Source of the DNA: Octopus sinensis | Taxonomy: Eukaryota | Assembly: GCF_006345805.1 (NCBI RefSeq) | Contig: NW_021835701.1 | Coordinates: 1-39,882 of the forward strand | DNA: 39,882 bases | Reading direction: 5' to 3' | Part shown: one piece after another, positions 36,428-39,882 of the stretch | How the letters are laid out: every line of letters begins with the position of its first letter | How positions within the stretch are numbered: position 1 is the first letter of the stretch | Translations under genes and position numbers: made by a program | Notes under the pieces: generated by a model | Told to the model about the DNA's origin: nothing | Database searches by the model: none | What the model saw: the letters and a program-made list of their open reading frames with translations, nothing else

Positions 36428-36715
36428 CAAGCCATGCCTGGCTCATAAGGGCCGGTTTCCCGGTTTCCTTGGCGCATAGGTTCCCCACCTGGACGGGACG
36501 TCGGCCCGTCGCAGGTGAGATGCAAGATGCAGGAGGAAAGAGTGAGAGAAAGTTGTGGCGAAAGAGTCAGCAGAAGTTCGCCATTACCTCCTGCCGGAGC
36601 CGCGTGGAGCTTTGGTGTTTCTCTCATAAACACACACATCGCCCGGTCTGAGATTCGAACCCGCGATCCTCGACCGCGAGTTTGCTGCTCTAACCACTAG
36701 GCCATGTGCCTCCAC
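36428..36715 (-). mobile_element. tRNA-derived SINE (head and core of the 9163 family, different tail)
   Basis: Head GTGGAGGCACATGGCCTAGTGGTTAGAGCAGC...GGGTTCGAATCTC. Confidence 0.85.
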
Positions 36716-36721
36716 AAATAA

Positions 36722-36968
36722 ATGCGCCCTTCTAAAGCCTAGTCGGGCTCATGGGCCCAGTTTCCTGTTTCTATGGCGTATGTGTTCCCCAGCTGGACGG
36801 GACGCCAGTCCATCGCAGCGTTACTCATTTTTGCCAGCTGAGTGGACTGGAGCAACGGGAAATGAAGTGTTTTGCTCAAGAACACAACGCGTCGCCCGGT
36901 CCAGGAATCGAAACCACAATCTTACAATCATGATGCTGACGCCCTAACCACTAAGCCACGCGCCTCCA
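36722..36968 (-). mobile_element. tRNA-derived SINE (head and core of the 12226 family, tail shared with 36428-36715)
   Basis: Head GTGGAGGCGCGTGGCTTAGTGGTTAGGGCG...GGTTTCGATTCCTGG. Confidence 0.85.
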
Positions 36969-37438
36969 CACAGCAGCAGTAGCAGAACTAGCAGCAGCAG
37001 CAGCAGCAGCAACAACAACTGTAGCAACAACACAAACTGCGACGGGAACGGACAAAATTTTGAGAAGTAGAAGCAAGGACGGACCAAAGGCCTTTGTGAA
37101 CTCTTAAAATGATGTCTCCTTTAGCAAACAACGTAGTGAAGTGAATATAAAAGAACTATTCATACGCTGTATTGGTCTTATACACACTTTTCGATATAAA
37201 CTGTTACTCGGCTTTGATTTTCATTTCTTAACTTGTTTCTTTTTTCGTTTTACTTTTACTTTTTCTATGTACAGTATAAGATTGACAATTTGATGTATTA
37301 TTAACATATTTTAACGGGAAGTAAAGAAAGAAGAAAAAAAAAAAACAAAAACATTAAAAGTATAGAAGTTCATATTATCGAAAGATAAAAAAAAACATAA
37401 AAAGATTTGTCATTGCTTTCTCGGTGCGTTAGAATGAA

Positions 37439-37439
<1 letters not shown>

Positions 37440-37493
<54 letters not shown>

Positions 37494-37771
37494 TGTTTCA
37501 TCTTTGCGCGTTCGTACGTACGTGTATGTTTTATTTCATACTTATTTTATTATTTTATTATTTTATTATTCGTATTCCTATTACTTGATTTCGTTGTTTC
37601 TTTCGTTGCTCCCGTGGTTTATTTAATCATGGCGTTCTTTTGGACTGTTTTTGCTTTCATTTGGGGAAAATATTTCATAGTGTATGCATGCATACATATA
37701 CATGTATACTGTATACGGATGTATATATAAAGAGAGGGAGAGAGGGGGTGAGAGAAATACATACATACGCA

Positions 37772-37819
<48 letters not shown>

Positions 37820-37932
37820 ATATATAATATATATATGTATATATATATATATGTATATATATATATACATATAGATGTAGGTATGTACATATATGTATGT
37901 ATATGTGCATATATTTATATATCATTTATATT

Positions 37933-37964
<32 letters not shown>

Positions 37965-38216
37965 TTATATATATATATACATATTTAGATGTGCATGTGT
38001 GTGTATGTATGTATACGTATCTCCTTCTCTTTCGCTCTCTCTCTCTCTCTATATATATATATAGAGAGAGAGAGAGAGGGAGAGAGAGAAAGAGAAGGAG
38101 TTACGTATACATACATACATACATACATACATACATACAAACATACATACATACACACACACACATGCACATCTAAATATGTGAGTGTAAGTGTAAATAA
38201 ATGTGTGCATGTGTGT

Positions 38217-38266
<50 letters not shown>

Positions 38267-38420
38267 GAAAGCGAGAAATGACGAGAAAGTTTTTCTTCTT
38301 TCTTATCCTGTCTATCCCATCTACTTTTTCTTCGCTATTGACACAAACTCACACACACTTACACACAGAAACACACGCACGTACACAAACACATATACGC
38401 ACACAAACACGCGCGCGCGA
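37440..38420. repeat. (TG)n/(TA)n/(GA)n/(TACA)n/(CA)n microsatellite field
   Basis: Direct reading. Confidence 0.92.
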
Positions 38421-38618
38421 ACATGCACACATACGACTAACAAAAACAGAGTCTACATAAATGATAGATACATCACTTCAAAATCATAATCATGTCTATT
38501 ACACGACATATTTTCAATTTCGCTCTTTCATCCATCTCTCTACGGAGCGTTGGCCGTTTGATAATGTTACTTTTCATAACCTCCATAATATCACAGCACA
38601 ACCCAATGTTATGTTCAG

Positions 38619-38873
38619 CTATTGTAGCATGTCGACCAATTCTACCTTGTAGGAAATGTGAAACGCACTGGTTAAAGAATTATTGGAATCCAAGCCGATA
38701 TTTTCTCTGTCTGAACGGACGAGTATATAAGGGACTTTGTAGAGATGCTAATATATTTTCATTAACACTAAAATGCTGTATACGCTCATGGCAATTAGAA
38801 TGGCAAGGCTGTGTTACAAAAGAAATTGATTACAAACCAACAGTTACTCCGAGTATACCTCCAAACTACACAG
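38619..38873 (+). CDS. Probable exon encoding a chitin-binding type-2 (peritrophin-A/CBM14)-like module
   Basis: Frame reads PCRKCETHWLKNYWNPSRYFLCLNGRVYKGLCRDANIFSLTLKCCIRSWQLEWQGC followed by a T/P linker. Strong donor CAG|GTAAGG at 38873/38874 (phase 1). Phase-1 acceptors at 38618 or 38627, or an ATG at 38564 as the alternative start. Confidence 0.55.
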
Positions 38874-39319
38874 GTAAGGGAATACTTTTCTATTGCCTTC
38901 ATTATTGCAATTAAAGTCTACCGTACTTTATGGCCTACAAAACGCACTTTTTCGTCTAAAATGTCTCAAATACACCACCCCGGGTCTTATTGGCTAAGGT
39001 GAGCTTATGCTATATGCTTTAACCCTTTTGCTTGTCTTGTGTATCACGTGTGATACGTAAGACATTTTTCTCACATTCATGCATCATAAATGGTACACAT
39101 TCCAAATATTTTCCCCTGCATCAGAGTCATTTGGGATTTAAGAAAGGAAAGCTATACATTACTCGGAACGTATGAAACAAAGGCTAACTAAAATTCTGAA
39201 AGCAAACAGGGACGTCTAATACAAGCCAATGAAAACGATTTAAACACGCAAAGGGAGAACGTTTTAATTTCTTTACTGCCCACAACGCTAAGCATTCCGC
39301 CCGGCGTGCCAATGATTCT

Positions 39320-39551
39320 AATTTCTTTATTGCCCACAGGGGGATAAACATAGAGGAGACAAACAAGGACAGTCAAACGGATTAAGTCGATTATATCGAC
39401 CCCAGTGCGTAACTGGTACTTATTTAATCGACCCCGAAAGGATGAAAAGCAAAGTCGACCTCGGCGGAATTTGAACTCAGAACGTAAAGACAGACGAAAT
39501 ACCACTAAGCATTTCGCCCGGCGTGCTAACGTTTCTGCCAGCTCACCGCCT
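39320..39551 (-). mobile_element. tRNA-derived SINE (second family)
   Basis: Homologous to 14641-14882. Confidence 0.85.
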
Positions 39552-39612
39552 TCAGGGAGAATGTTCTAAGAAGTATTTTTTCCCCCTGAATATGCGTTGC
39601 TGAAATTGGGCT

Positions 39613-39882
39613 CTTTTACTCTTTTACTTGTTTCAGTCATTTGACAGTGGCCATGCTGGAACACCGCCTTTAGTCGAGCAAAACGACCCCAGGACTTATT
39701 CTTTGTAAGCTTAGTACTTATTCTATCGGTCCCTTTTGCCGAACCGCTAAGTTACGGGGACGTAAACACACCAGCGTCGGTTACAAAGCGATGTTGGGGG
39801 GGGGACAAACACAGACACACACACATATACACACACGTACATATACACATATATATTCTTTTTTTTGCATATATACGACGGG
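39613..39882 (-). mobile_element. SINE (third family), runs off the window end
   Basis: Homologous to 15378-15600. Confidence 0.85.

Noticed and set aside
37407-38489. Several 60-178 aa ORFs rich in YI, CV, HT and RE dipeptides (likewise 1892-2215, 6942-9958, 14453-17506 and duplicates)
   Set aside because: They are translations of dinucleotide and tetranucleotide microsatellites.

Overview
AT-rich, microsatellite- and transposon-dense animal genomic DNA. The tRNA-derived SINE families look like those I recall from octopus genomes, so the taxon call is recognition, not proof. There are no rRNA genes, true tRNA genes or CRISPR arrays. The window is dominated by a very recent direct tandem segmental duplication with a period of about 18.23 kb: 1-13533 matches 18234-31761, the complete unit is 13534-31761, and the new junction cuts a Tx1-like LINE next to its YADD motif. 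Each unit carries one uninterrupted ORF (4256-5920 and 22487-24154) for a SAMHD1-like HD-domain dNTP triphosphohydrolase. The protein keeps every catalytic residue but lacks the SAM domain and the C-terminal regulatory tail. It has substitutions in the GTP-activator site and a ~170-aa insertion built from 20-aa (60-bp) repeats in the C-terminal lobe. The two genes differ by 10 substitutions, all amino-acid changing, plus one codon insertion; 9 of the 10 lie in a 360-bp stretch of the insert and C-terminus. The rest is decayed Tx1-like LINEs, modular SINEs, non-autonomous Helitrons, a 1.7-kb foldback element, simple repeats, and one probable chitin-binding (peritrophin-A-like) exon near 38.6-38.9 kb. 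Best candidate for an undescribed system: an amplifying, diversifying array of single-ORF, SAM-less, repeat-inserted SAMHD1 paralogues. All alignments were done by eye and no database search was run.
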